A DNA stretch of 64,000 nt from Vulcanimicrobiota bacterium. Lineage in GTDB: Bacteria > Vulcanimicrobiota > Vulcanimicrobiia > Vulcanimicrobiales > Vulcanimicrobiaceae. The notes under the pieces were generated by a model that was given only the letters and a program-made list of their open reading frames with translations, searched no databases and was not told where the DNA came from. The position numbers and the translations under genes were made by a program. Below are positions 8,958-17,638 of this stretch, piece by piece. The DNA lies in NCBI GenBank assembly GCA_963695225.1, contig OY968762.1, positions 992,001 through 1,056,000 on the forward strand, written 5' to 3'. The stretch's first letter is position 1. Each line of letters begins with the position of its first letter.

Positions 8958-11900
8958 CTATTCCGTTTTACTCAACCGGTCGGCGGCGGGATGGAAGTGG
9001 CTGCCGTCGCGGCGGGCGAGGTCCTCGTATTGGCGGTATTTCTCGGTGACGGCGGCTTGCGCCATCTCGAGCAGCGGCCCCGCCGCGTCCGGCATCGTCG
9101 CGGCGAGCGACGAATACCGGATCTCGTTGTAGGCGTAATCCTTGAACGAGATCGTCGGGCGCGGTGAATCAAGCCGGAACGGGTTCTTCCCGACCGTTCG
9201 CATCTCGGGGTTGTAACGGAGCAGCGGCCAGTAACCGCTCGCAACGGCGAGATCTTGCTGGCGCATGCCGAAGCGCATATCGATGCCGTGCGCGATGCAG
9301 TGGCTGTACGCCAGGATCAGCGAGGGGCCGTCGTACGCTTCGGCCTCGCGAAACGCGTCGAGCGTCTGCTGTGGATTCGCACCCATCGCGATCTGCGCGA
9401 CGTAGATGTTGCCGTAGGCGATCGCCTGCATCGCGAGATCCTTGCGCGCGACGCGTTTGCCGGCCGTGGCGAACTTTGCGACCGCGCCGAGCGGCGTCGC
9501 CTTCGAGGCTTGGCCGCCGGTGTTTGAATAGACCTCGGTATCGAGGACGAGGACGTTCACGTTCCGGCCCACGGCGAGCACGTGGTCGAGCCCGCCGTAA
9601 TCGATGTCGTAGGCCCAGCCGTCGCCGCCGACGATCCAGACGCTGCGCCGCACGAGGTGGTCGATCACCGAGAGCAGGTCGAGCGCATCGGAATCGTCGC
9701 CGAGTTCGAGCAGCCGCACTTTCAACTCGGCGACCCGGATGCGTTGCGCCCGGATCTCCGTCTCGCGCACCTGCGGCGCCCGCACGATCTTCTCGACGCG
9801 TTCCGAACCTAGCCGCGGAGCGAGCTTGCGCAACAGACCGTGCGCCATCTCGACGTGCTGGTCGGCCGCGAGCCGGAAGCCCAGGCCGAACTCCGCATTG
9901 TCTTCAAAGAGCGAATTGGACCAGGCGGGGCCGCGCCCCTCATGGTTCTTCGTCCACGGCGTGACCGGCAGGTTCGCACCGTAGATCGAGGAACAGCCGG
10001 TCGCGTTCGCGATCTGCAGCCGGTCTCCGAAGAGCTGCGAGAGCAGCTTGAGATACGGCGTCTCGCCGCAGCCCGAGCACGCGCCGGGGAACTCGAAGAG
10101 CGGTTGAAGGAACTGCACGCCGCGCACGTTCGCGAAATCGACGCGCTCGCGCGCGTTGACCGGCAGCTTCTCGAAGAACTCGATGTTCGTGCGCTCCGCC
10201 TCGACGAGCGGGAGCTTGTCCTTCATGTTGATCGCTTTGATCGCCTGGTCGACGGGGCTGACGGCGGGGCAGGCCTCGACGCACAAGCCGCAGCCCGTGC
10301 AATCTTCCACGTAGAACTGCAAAGAGAAGCGAATCTCCGGATAGCCGCGCGCGTTGACGGCGGCGGATTTGAACGTCTCGGGGGCGCCCGCGAGCCGGCG
10401 CTCGTTGTAGTAGCGCGCGCGAATGACGCTGTGCGGGCAGACGAAGCCGCATTGCCCGCATTGGATGCACAGGTCCGGCTCCCAGACGGGGACGGCATCC
10501 GCGATGTTGCGCTTCTCGTAGGCGCTCGTCCCCGAGGGGAACGTGCCGTCGACCGGCATCAAGCTCACCGGGATCTCGTCGCCCAAGCCCTCCATCATCT
10601 TTGCGGTGACGTCGCGGACGAATTTCGGCGCGTCGAGCGGGACGATCGGCGGGCGCTCCGTCGTGCTCGTCGCCGCCACCGGGATCGCCACTTCGTAGAG
10701 CCGGGCGAGCGTTCCGTCGACCGCCGCGTAATTCTTGCGCACGACGATCTCGCCCTTACGAGCGTACGTCTTCTTGATCGCGTCCTTGATGTGCCGAATC
10801 GCGTCTTCCCGCGGCAGCACGCCCGAGATCGCGAAGAAGCAGGTCTGCAACACGGTGTTCGTGTGGACGCCGAGCCCGACTTCGCGAGCGACCTCGGAGG
10901 CGTCGATCGTGTAGACGCGCAGCTTCCGCTCGATGATCTGCTCTTGCACCGGACGAGGCAAGTGGTCCCACACGGTCTCGGGCCCGTAGACGCTATTGAG
11001 CAATAGCACGGCGCCGGGCGCCGCAAGGCGGAGCACGTCCTGACGGGCGAGAGCTGCGAACTGATGGACCGCGACGAAACTCGCCGAGGCGATCAAGAAC
11101 GGCGCGCGGACCGGATCGGGGCCGAAGCGCAGGTGCGAGATCGTCTGCGCGCCGGACTTATGTGAATCGTAGACGAAGTAGCCCTGCGCGTAGAGCCCCG
11201 CATCTTCCGCGATGATCTTGACGCTGTTTTTGTTCGCGCCGACCGTTCCGTCGGCGCCGAGGCCGTAGAAGACGCAACGCGTGACGCTCGGCGGTTCGAT
11301 CGCGAACGACGGATCGACGGTGAGGCTCGTGTGCGAAACGTCGTCGTCGATGCCGACCGTAAAGCCGTTCTTCGGTTCCGCCGAGCCCAGTTCGTCGAAG
11401 ACCGCCTTGACCATCGCGGGCGTGAAGTCTTTCGACGAAAGCCCGTAACGGCCGCCGATCACGCGCGGCATGCTCGCGCGCTCGCCGTGCGCGAACGCCT
11501 GCGCGAGCGTCGTGACGACGTCGAGATAGACGGGCTCTCCCGCCGAACCCGGTTCCTTGGTTTGTTCGAGGACGGCGATCGAACGGACCGAAGCCGGGAT
11601 CGCCGCCACGAAGGCGGCCGCCGAGAACGGGCGGTAGAGCCGAATCTGCAGCACGCCGACTTTCTCGCCTGCCGCCCGTAGCGTCTTCGCCGTCTCGCGC
11701 GCCGTCTCGGCCCCGGAGCCCATCAGCACCAGGATCCGCTCGGCCGAGGGATCGCCCTCGTATTCGAAGAGGCGGTAGCGGCGCCCGGTCATCTCGCCGA
11801 ACCGGTCCATCGCCGCTTGGACGATCCCCGGGACGCGCGCGTAGTACGGGTTCGAGGCTTCGCGCGCCTGGAAGAACGTATCGGGGTTGTGCGCCGTGCC

Positions 11901-12545
11901 GCGAATGTACGGATGCTCCGGGCTGAGCGAGCGCGCGCGATGCGCGCGGACGAGCTCGTCGTCGATCATCGAACGGATCTCATCGTCCGAGAGGAGCGAG
12001 AGCGTGTTCAGCTCGTGCGACGTGCGGAAACCGTCGAAGAAGTGCAGGAACGGGACGCGCGATTCGAGCGTCGCGGCCTGCGCGATCAGCGCCGTGTCAT
12101 GCGCCTCTTGGACCGAACCCGAGGAGAGCAACGCGAAGCCCGTGGCGCGCGTCGACATCACGTCGGAGTGGTCTCCGAAGATCGAGAGCCCCGAGGTCGC
12201 GAGCGCGCGCGCCGCCACATGGAAGACGGTCGCGGTCAGTTCTCCCGCGATCTTGTACATGTTGGGGATCATCAACAGGAGGCCTTGCGAGGCAGTGAAC
12301 GTCGTCGTCAGCGCGCCCGATTGCAGCGCGCCGTGCAGCACGCCGGCGGCGCCGCCCTCGCTCTGCATCTCCTGCACCACGGGCATCCGCCCCCAAATGT
12401 TCGTCAGGCCCTCCGCGACCCATTGGTCGGCGAGTTCGGCCATCGTCGACGAGGGCGTGATCGGATAGATCGCGCAGACTTCGTTCACGCGGTAGGCGAC
12501 GTGCGCGACGGCCGTGTTGCCGTCCATCGTGGTTCTCGTGCCCAT
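8958..12545 (-). CDS. nifJ: Pyruvate:ferredoxin (flavodoxin) oxidoreductase, single-chain type
   Basis: YPITPS, GLGADGTVGANK, two 4Fe-4S motifs, GACSGCGET, GGDGWAYDI; ATG overlaps the upstream stop (TGATG). Confidence 0.95.
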   Translation of the reverse strand: MGTRTTMDGNTAVAHVAYRVNEVCAIYPITPSSTMAELADQWVAEGLTNIWGRMPVVQEMQSEGGAAGVLHGALQSGALTTTFTASQGLLLMIPNMYKIAGELTATVFHVAARALATSGLSIFGDHSDVMSTRATGFALLSSGSVQEAHDTALIAQAATLESRVPFLHFFDGFRTSHELNTLSLLSDDEIRSMIDDELVRAHRARSLSPEHPYIRGTAHNPDTFFQAREASNPYYARVPGIVQAAMDRFGEMTGRRYRLFEYEGDPSAERILVLMGSGAETARETAKTLRAAGEKVGVLQIRLYRPFSAAAFVAAIPASVRSIAVLEQTKEPGSAGEPVYLDVVTTLAQAFAHGERASMPRVIGGRYGLSSKDFTPAMVKAVFDELGSAEPKNGFTVGIDDDVSHTSLTVDPSFAIEPPSVTRCVFYGLGADGTVGANKNSVKIIAEDAGLYAQGYFVYDSHKSGAQTISHLRFGPDPVRAPFLIASASFVAVHQFAALARQDVLRLAAPGAVLLLNSVYGPETVWDHLPRPVQEQIIERKLRVYTIDASEVAREVGLGVHTNTVLQTCFFAISGVLPREDAIRHIKDAIKKTYARKGEIVVRKNYAAVDGTLARLYEVAIPVAATSTTERPPIVPLDAPKFVRDVTAKMMEGLGDEIPVSLMPVDGTFPSGTSAYEKRNIADAVPVWEPDLCIQCGQCGFVCPHSVIRARYYNERRLAGAPETFKSAAVNARGYPEIRFSLQFYVEDCTGCGLCVEACPAVSPVDQAIKAINMKDKLPLVEAERTNIEFFEKLPVNARERVDFANVRGVQFLQPLFEFPGACSGCGETPYLKLLSQLFGDRLQIANATGCSSIYGANLPVTPWTKNHEGRGPAWSNSLFEDNAEFGLGFRLAADQHVEMAHGLLRKLAPRLGSERVEKIVRAPQVRETEIRAQRIRVAELKVRLLELGDDSDALDLLSVIDHLVRRSVWIVGGDGWAYDIDYGGLDHVLAVGRNVNVLVLDTEVYSNTGGQASKATPLGAVAKFATAGKRVARKDLAMQAIAYGNIYVAQIAMGANPQQTLDAFREAEAYDGPSLILAYSHCIAHGIDMRFGMRQQDLAVASGYWPLLRYNPEMRTVGKNPFRLDSPRPTISFKDYAYNEIRYSSLAATMPDAAGPLLEMAQAAVTEKYRQYEDLARRDGSHFHPAADRLSKTE

Positions 12546-14179
12546 CACGCCGGCTCCCCGATCATCTCGATCGCGCTGCAGGGGCATTGCTCGAAACAAG
12601 TCGCGCACCCGGTGCAAACGGCGTACTCGATGCGATAGCGATTCCCAGGCCCCAGCTTAATGATCGCATCCTCCGGACACGCGGCGTAACAGTTGTCGCA
12701 CTCGAAGCAGTTCCCGCACGAGAGGCAGCGCTTCGCTTCGTGGATCGCCTCCCGTTCCGTGAGGCCCGCGACGATCTCCTCGAAGCCCGCCGCCCGTTCT
12801 CCGGGCGGAAGCTCGTGCTGCTCCGTGATGGGCGCATCGCTGAAGATCGGCAGGGTCAGCATCCCGAATTCGACGATCGGCGGCCTCGGCTTATGAACGT
12901 ACGCCGTTCCGCGCAGCCACGCGTCGATGTGCCGCGCGGCCTTCTTCCCGTGCCCGACGGCGATCGTGACGGTGCGCTCGCTCGGCACGAGGTCGCCGCC
13001 GGCGAAGATCCCGGCCCGCCCGGTCATCATGTTCGGGGCGACGATCACCGTGCCGTCGGATTCGAAGCCGATGCCCGGAACCTTGCGCAAGAAACCGCTG
13101 TCGGCTTCCTGCCCGAGCGCGAGGACGACGGCATCGGCCTGGAGCGTTTCGTACTCGCCGGTCGGGTGCGGGCGCCCCTTCTCGTCGAGCCGCATCATCT
13201 CGACCGTGATCTCCGCGCCGTCGATCGACGAAATGCTCGTCAACCACTTGATCTTCACGCCTTCGGAGAGCGCCTCGTCGGCTTCGAATGCGTGCGCGGG
13301 CATGTGTTCCCGGTCGCGCCGGTAGACGATCAGCGCCTCTTCCGCACCAAGCCGGCGCGCGGTGCGTGCGGCGTCCATCGCCGTGTTCCCGCCGCCGTAG
13401 ATCACGACGCGGCGGCCGAGCAGCGGCGCCTCGCCGGCATCGACGTCGCGCAGCAGCGTGACCGCGTCGAGGATCTTGCCCGCATCGCGCGCGGGGATGT
13501 CGACGTGCTTGCCGACGTGCGCCCCGATCGCCACGAACACCGCGTCGAAGTTGCCTGCGGCGCGCTCCGCGAGCACGTCTTCGACTTTGTGATTGAGCAC
13601 GATCCGGACGCCGGTCGCTTCGATCCGCGCGATCTCGCGCATGAGTTCCGCGCGCGGCAGGCGGTAGGCGGGGATCCCGAAGTGGAGCATCCCTCCCGGC
13701 AGCGGCCCCGCTTCGTGAATCTCGACCTCGTGTCCGAGGCGCCGCAGATGGTACGCCGCCGAGAGCCCGCTCGGCCCCGCGCCGACGATGAGAACGCGCA
13801 TCCCGGAAGGCTCCGCCGCGGCGGGGAGCGTCCAGCCCCGTTCGATCGCGAGATCGCCGAGGTACCGTTCGACCGCGTGAATGGTGACCGGCGCGTCGAG
13901 TTCAGCTCGATTGCAGCTCGTCTCGCAGGGATGGTAGCATACGCGCCCGTGAACCGCCGGCAGCGGGTTGTCTGCGACGAGCGTCTCCCACGCCTCACGA
14001 AAGCGCCCCGCTTGCGCGAGGCCGAGCCAAGCTTGGATGTTCTCGCCCGCCGGGCACGCGGAGTTGCACGGCGGCATGAGATCGACGAAGATCGGCCTGC
14101 GCGCGCGAACCGGCCCCGCCCCTTTCTCGCTCGTGAGATCGACGATCGAAGTCATGTCGAAGGGACGCCGGTTGCTCAT
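12545..14179 (-). CDS. GltD-like NAD(P)-dependent FAD/Fe-S oxidoreductase with C-terminal ferredoxin domain
   Basis: PPCNSACP, GRVCYHPCE, GAGPSG, GGGNTAMD, C-terminal CLSCGNCFECDNC and CTGCATCFEQCP. Confidence 0.88.
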   Translation of the reverse strand: MSNRRPFDMTSIVDLTSEKGAGPVRARRPIFVDLMPPCNSACPAGENIQAWLGLAQAGRFREAWETLVADNPLPAVHGRVCYHPCETSCNRAELDAPVTIHAVERYLGDLAIERGWTLPAAAEPSGMRVLIVGAGPSGLSAAYHLRRLGHEVEIHEAGPLPGGMLHFGIPAYRLPRAELMREIARIEATGVRIVLNHKVEDVLAERAAGNFDAVFVAIGAHVGKHVDIPARDAGKILDAVTLLRDVDAGEAPLLGRRVVIYGGGNTAMDAARTARRLGAEEALIVYRRDREHMPAHAFEADEALSEGVKIKWLTSISSIDGAEITVEMMRLDEKGRPHPTGEYETLQADAVVLALGQEADSGFLRKVPGIGFESDGTVIVAPNMMTGRAGIFAGGDLVPSERTVTIAVGHGKKAARHIDAWLRGTAYVHKPRPPIVEFGMLTLPIFSDAPITEQHELPPGERAAGFEEIVAGLTEREAIHEAKRCLSCGNCFECDNCYAACPEDAIIKLGPGNRYRIEYAVCTGCATCFEQCPCSAIEMIGEPA

Positions 14180-14263
14180 GGACACCTACGTGAGGGGCGG
14201 AGGAGCGCTCTCCCTTCTCGCCCTCGGCGACGGGCACCCGCGCGCTCCATCGAGCCGCTCCGC

Positions 14264-15394
14264 TCAAACGGCGGCGTGCAGCCGCGCCTTACCGTTCCGA
14301 TCTCCGTTGCTCGCGAGCCAGTCGATAACGCCCTGGCGCGTCACGAAACCGACGAGCGTGCCGTCGGAATCGACGACCGGAAGTTGATTGAACCCGGTTT
14401 CTCCGAGCAAACGCAAGGCTTCTCCGGCATCGGCTTCGGGCGGGATGGACTTCAGATCGTCGATGCGCTTCATCAACGCCGTCGCGTACGTCTGCGAAAG
14501 CTCGGCCGCGTCGAGGTGCGCGACGTCGGCCATCGTTACGATGCCGATGAAGCGGTCGCCGAGCAGAACCGGGACGGCCCGCCCGCCGCTCTTGAGCATG
14601 ACCCTCAGCACGGCGTCTCCGAGCGCATCGGCGGGGACGCTCGCCCGAACCGGCTCGGCCAGTTGCAGCGCGGTATGTCCCACGATCGCATCTTGCAACA
14701 CGGCCGAGTTCGCTTCGGACTGCCCCGCTCGCAGGAGGAACCACCCCATCAGCATGTACCAGATTCCCGCACCGAAGCCGTGTTGCAAGATGTCGACGAT
14801 CCCGGCGACGATGGCGAGCCAAGCGATCCCTCCGCCGACCCACGCCGCGATGCGCGTCGCCCGCAGCCGGTCGTGAGTGATGCCCCAGATGAGCGCCTGC
14901 AGCACGCGGCCCCCGTCCATCGGAAAGGCGGGAAGCAGGTTGAAAGCTCCGAGAATCGCATTTGCGGCGCCCAGGTAATCGAACGCCGTACCGGCAGGCG
15001 TCTTCGTTCCGCCGAGCGCGAAACCGGCGAGCGCGCTGATGCCGGCCAGGACGAAGCTCGTCAGCGGGCCGGCGAACGAGATCCAGGCGGCCATACCGGG
15101 GGTCTTCGGCTCGCTCTCGAACCGCGAGACGCCTCCGAAGAGGAATAGGCGGATCTCCTTGATCTCGATGCCGCCCCGTTTCGCGGCCAGCGAGTGCGCC
15201 AATTCGTGCAAGATCACGCTCGAGAACAGGAGCAACGCCGTCCCGATCGCGAGGAGCGCTCGGGTCGCCGGGGTGACCTCCGTCGCTCTGAACGGTCCCA
15301 CGGGGCTGCTAAGCGACCAAGCAACGATTGCGAAGATGAACAGCCACGAAACGTCGATCGCGATGTCGATGCCGAAAAGTCTGCCGATGCGCAT
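14264..15394 (-). CDS. Site-2 (M50) intramembrane protease with tandem CBS domains
   Basis: HELAH, FNLLPAFPMDGG, two C-terminal CBS repeats; GGAGG RBS. Confidence 0.9.
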   Translation of the reverse strand: MRIGRLFGIDIAIDVSWLFIFAIVAWSLSSPVGPFRATEVTPATRALLAIGTALLLFSSVILHELAHSLAAKRGGIEIKEIRLFLFGGVSRFESEPKTPGMAAWISFAGPLTSFVLAGISALAGFALGGTKTPAGTAFDYLGAANAILGAFNLLPAFPMDGGRVLQALIWGITHDRLRATRIAAWVGGGIAWLAIVAGIVDILQHGFGAGIWYMLMGWFLLRAGQSEANSAVLQDAIVGHTALQLAEPVRASVPADALGDAVLRVMLKSGGRAVPVLLGDRFIGIVTMADVAHLDAAELSQTYATALMKRIDDLKSIPPEADAGEALRLLGETGFNQLPVVDSDGTLVGFVTRQGVIDWLASNGDRNGKARLHAAV

Positions 15395-15505
15395 CCGGAC
15401 CTCCACCCCCTTCGACCGCAGGACGGCTGCCGAAGGTTCACCTATTGCCGAAGCTCGGCCGGCGGGCTCGCGCTCATCCTTCGGCGAGCTCGGGATGACC
15501 GGAAG

Positions 15506-17164
15506 TTACGGGGCCGCCGGAACGGCGGAGCCGCGCGCTGCGCGCAGCGCGAAATCGCCGAACGATTCGCCCGGCTCGGCTGCGGACTTATAGTCGCGAA
15601 AGAGCGCCTTTAGGACGCCCGGCAAGTCGGCCGCCTTGACCTTTTCGCGGTAGAGTTCGTTGAGCCGCGTCAGATTCGCGTCGCCCCCGGCGTAGACGTT
15701 GTAGAGGCCGGCGCTGACGCCGACGATTCCGATTTCGCCCATGTACGGCCGCGCACACCCGTTCGGGCAGCCGGTCATCCGCAGCGAGATCGCGAGGTCG
15801 CCGAGGTCGAGTTCTTCGAGATCCCGCTGGGCGGTCCGCACGAGTTCCGGGAGCGCCCGCTCCGCTTCGGCGAGGGCCAAGCTGCACGTCGGAAGCGCGG
15901 GGCACGCGAGCGCGCGGCGTTCGAGAGTCGCGACCGTCCGCACCGTCGGGACGCGGTGTCCGGCGAGGATCGCGTCGATCTCGGCGCGCTGCGCTCCGCG
16001 AACGCCCGTGATCAGCACGTTTTGATTCGGCGTGAAGACGAGATCGAGCTCGAAGCGCGCGACGATCTCGCGCAGGGCCGTCTTTACTTGCGCCTCCGTG
16101 TCGCGAATGCGCCCGCCGAGGACCGGGAGGCCGAGGAAATGCTTCCCGTCGCCCTGCTCGTGCCAGCCGAGGTAATCGTGAAACCGCCATTCCGGCAACT
16201 CGCGCCACGCCGCGAGCCTGACACCCGAGACCCGTTCCACCTCGCGCCGGAACCACTCGAGCCCGCGGTCGGCGATCAGATACTTTAACCGCGCGTGCCG
16301 GCGATTCGTGCGGTCCCCATTGTCGCGCTGCACGAGCACGACGCCGCGGACGACGGCGAGCAACTCGTGCGGTTCGACGAACCCGAAGCGATCGGCGAGC
16401 CGCGGGAACGTCTCGGGCTTGTTGTGCGTCATGCCGAGTCCGCCGCCGACGGTCAGATCGTAACCGAGGAGCGCGCCGCGTTCCCCGAGGACGGGGACGA
16501 CGCCGAGATCGTTCGTGAAGATGTCGACCGAGTTATCGCCGGCCGCCGCGACCGCGATCTTGAATTTCCGCGGCAGATAGGCCGCCCCGTAAATCGGTTC
16601 GCTCTCCTCGTGAGAACGATAGACCTCCTCGCCGTCCTGCCAGATCTCGAAATACGCCCCCGTGCGCGGCGTCAGCAACTCGGCGATCGCGCGCGCCGCC
16701 TCGCGCGCCAGGCGATAAGCCGGCGCAGCGAAGGGCGCCGCGGGCGCCATCACGTTGCGATTGATATCGCCGCACGCGCCGAGCGTCGACCCCAAGCGGT
16801 GCACGATCTCGGCGATCGTCGGGCGCAAATCGCCCTTGCGCACGCCGTGCAACTGGAGCGCCTCGCGCGTCGTTATCCGGATCGTTCCCTGGCCGACGCG
16901 GTCGGCCAGCTCGTCGAGCGCAAGATAGAGTGAAGCCGGCACGAAGCCGCCCGGACTCTTCGTGCGCAACATGAACGTGTGGTCCACAGCGACGCCGTCC
17001 GCTTTACGAGCCTTGCGGCGGTCGCGATCTTCCTGCTGATAGATGCCATGGAACTTCAGCAGTTGCGCAGCCTCCGCAGCGACGCCCGATGCGGGCGTGC
17101 GAAGTTCCGCCGCGATGCTCCCACGCAGGTTCCGGCTCTGGGTCTTTATCCGCTCGACATCCAT
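15506..17164 (-). CDS. sir: Assimilatory sulfite reductase hemoprotein (Sir/CysI family)
   Basis: KFHGIYQQEDRD, ACGDINRNV, YLPRKFK, siroheme/4Fe-4S ligands CPALPTC and TGCPNGC. Confidence 0.92.
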   Translation of the reverse strand: MDVERIKTQSRNLRGSIAAELRTPASGVAAEAAQLLKFHGIYQQEDRDRRKARKADGVAVDHTFMLRTKSPGGFVPASLYLALDELADRVGQGTIRITTREALQLHGVRKGDLRPTIAEIVHRLGSTLGACGDINRNVMAPAAPFAAPAYRLAREAARAIAELLTPRTGAYFEIWQDGEEVYRSHEESEPIYGAAYLPRKFKIAVAAAGDNSVDIFTNDLGVVPVLGERGALLGYDLTVGGGLGMTHNKPETFPRLADRFGFVEPHELLAVVRGVVLVQRDNGDRTNRRHARLKYLIADRGLEWFRREVERVSGVRLAAWRELPEWRFHDYLGWHEQGDGKHFLGLPVLGGRIRDTEAQVKTALREIVARFELDLVFTPNQNVLITGVRGAQRAEIDAILAGHRVPTVRTVATLERRALACPALPTCSLALAEAERALPELVRTAQRDLEELDLGDLAISLRMTGCPNGCARPYMGEIGIVGVSAGLYNVYAGGDANLTRLNELYREKVKAADLPGVLKALFRDYKSAAEPGESFGDFALRAARGSAVPAAP

Positions 17165-17198
17165 TATTGAGAAACGTTCTCCGTTCGCGGCGACCGGC

Positions 17199-17234
17199 GA
17201 AATGAAAAGGCTCCCGTCACATCGACGGGAGCCT
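17199..17234 (-). terminator. Intrinsic terminator (attenuator) in the sir leader
   Basis: Minus strand AGGCTCCCGTC-GATGT-GACGGGAGCCT (perfect 11-bp stem) followed by TTTCATTT. Confidence 0.85.
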
Positions 17235-17267
17235 GCGCGCTCCGGACTGTGCGAGTAGCCTACGGAA

Positions 17268-17345
17268 TCATGCGCTGGGCCAGTGCCGCCGCCGCGAGGG
17301 GGACCCCGTACGACGACAACACATCTCCAGGAGGCGCGCATTCAT
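17268..17345 (-). CDS. Putative Cys-sensing leader peptide of sir (MNARLLEMCCRRTGSPSRRRHWPSA)
   Basis: 25 codons with tandem TGT TGT; ATG 7 nt after the -10 box; terminator follows. Confidence 0.7.
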   Translation of the reverse strand: MNARLLEMCCRRTGSPSRRRHWPSA

Positions 17346-17352
17346 GCGCCCG

Positions 17353-17381
17353 ACCATAGCACGGCCACGGCCGACCGTCAA
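17353..17381 (-). promoter_or_regulatory. Sigma70-type promoter for the sir leader
   Basis: TTGACG-17 nt-TATGGT with TGn extension. Confidence 0.75.
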
Positions 17382-17404
17382 CGCGTCGCCCCTCTCGCGC
17401 GCCC

Positions 17405-17435
17405 TCTCGGGGGCCGCACATCTCGGGGGCCGCAC
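17405..17435. repeat. 15-bp direct repeat TCTCGGGGGCCGCAC x2 between divergent promoters
   Basis: Exact copies at 17405-17419 and 17421-17435. Confidence 0.9.
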
Positions 17436-17436
17436 C

Positions 17437-17466
17437 TTGACGGCCGGCGCGCTCCCGTGATACAAC
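17437..17466 (+). promoter_or_regulatory. Sigma70-type promoter for the metB leader
   Basis: TTGACG-18 nt-TACAAC with TGn extension; ATG 8 nt downstream. Confidence 0.65.
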
Positions 17467-17474
17467 CCATCCCA

Positions 17475-17555
17475 ATGACTTCGCTCGCTATGTCCATGAT
17501 GCGCTCCATGATGCGCGACCGCACCCGCGGTCGGCGGAGTTTGCACGCGGCATAA
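17475..17555 (+). CDS. Putative Met-sensing leader peptide (MTSLAMSMMRSMMRDRTRGRRSLHAA)
   Basis: 6 Met among the first 13 codons; lies between promoter and terminator upstream of the metB-like gene. Confidence 0.8.
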   Translation: MTSLAMSMMRSMMRDRTRGRRSLHAA

Positions 17556-17578
17556 CGGGTCTCCCGAACGCCTCACGC

Positions 17579-17611
17579 AAGCCCTCGTCGACGACGGGGG
17601 CTTTCTTATTT
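17579..17611 (+). terminator. Intrinsic terminator (attenuator) in the metB leader
   Basis: AAGCCCTCGTC-GAC-GACGGGGGCTT stem followed by TCTTATTT. Confidence 0.85.
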
Positions 17612-17638
17612 ACCAACCGCCCGAGGAGAGTGCAACTC

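Noticed and set aside
12587..15148. Long alternative-frame ORFs (this 853-aa one and many similar)
   Set aside because: They overlap well-supported genes on the other strand or frame and are Arg/Ala/Pro-rich, as expected by chance at high GC
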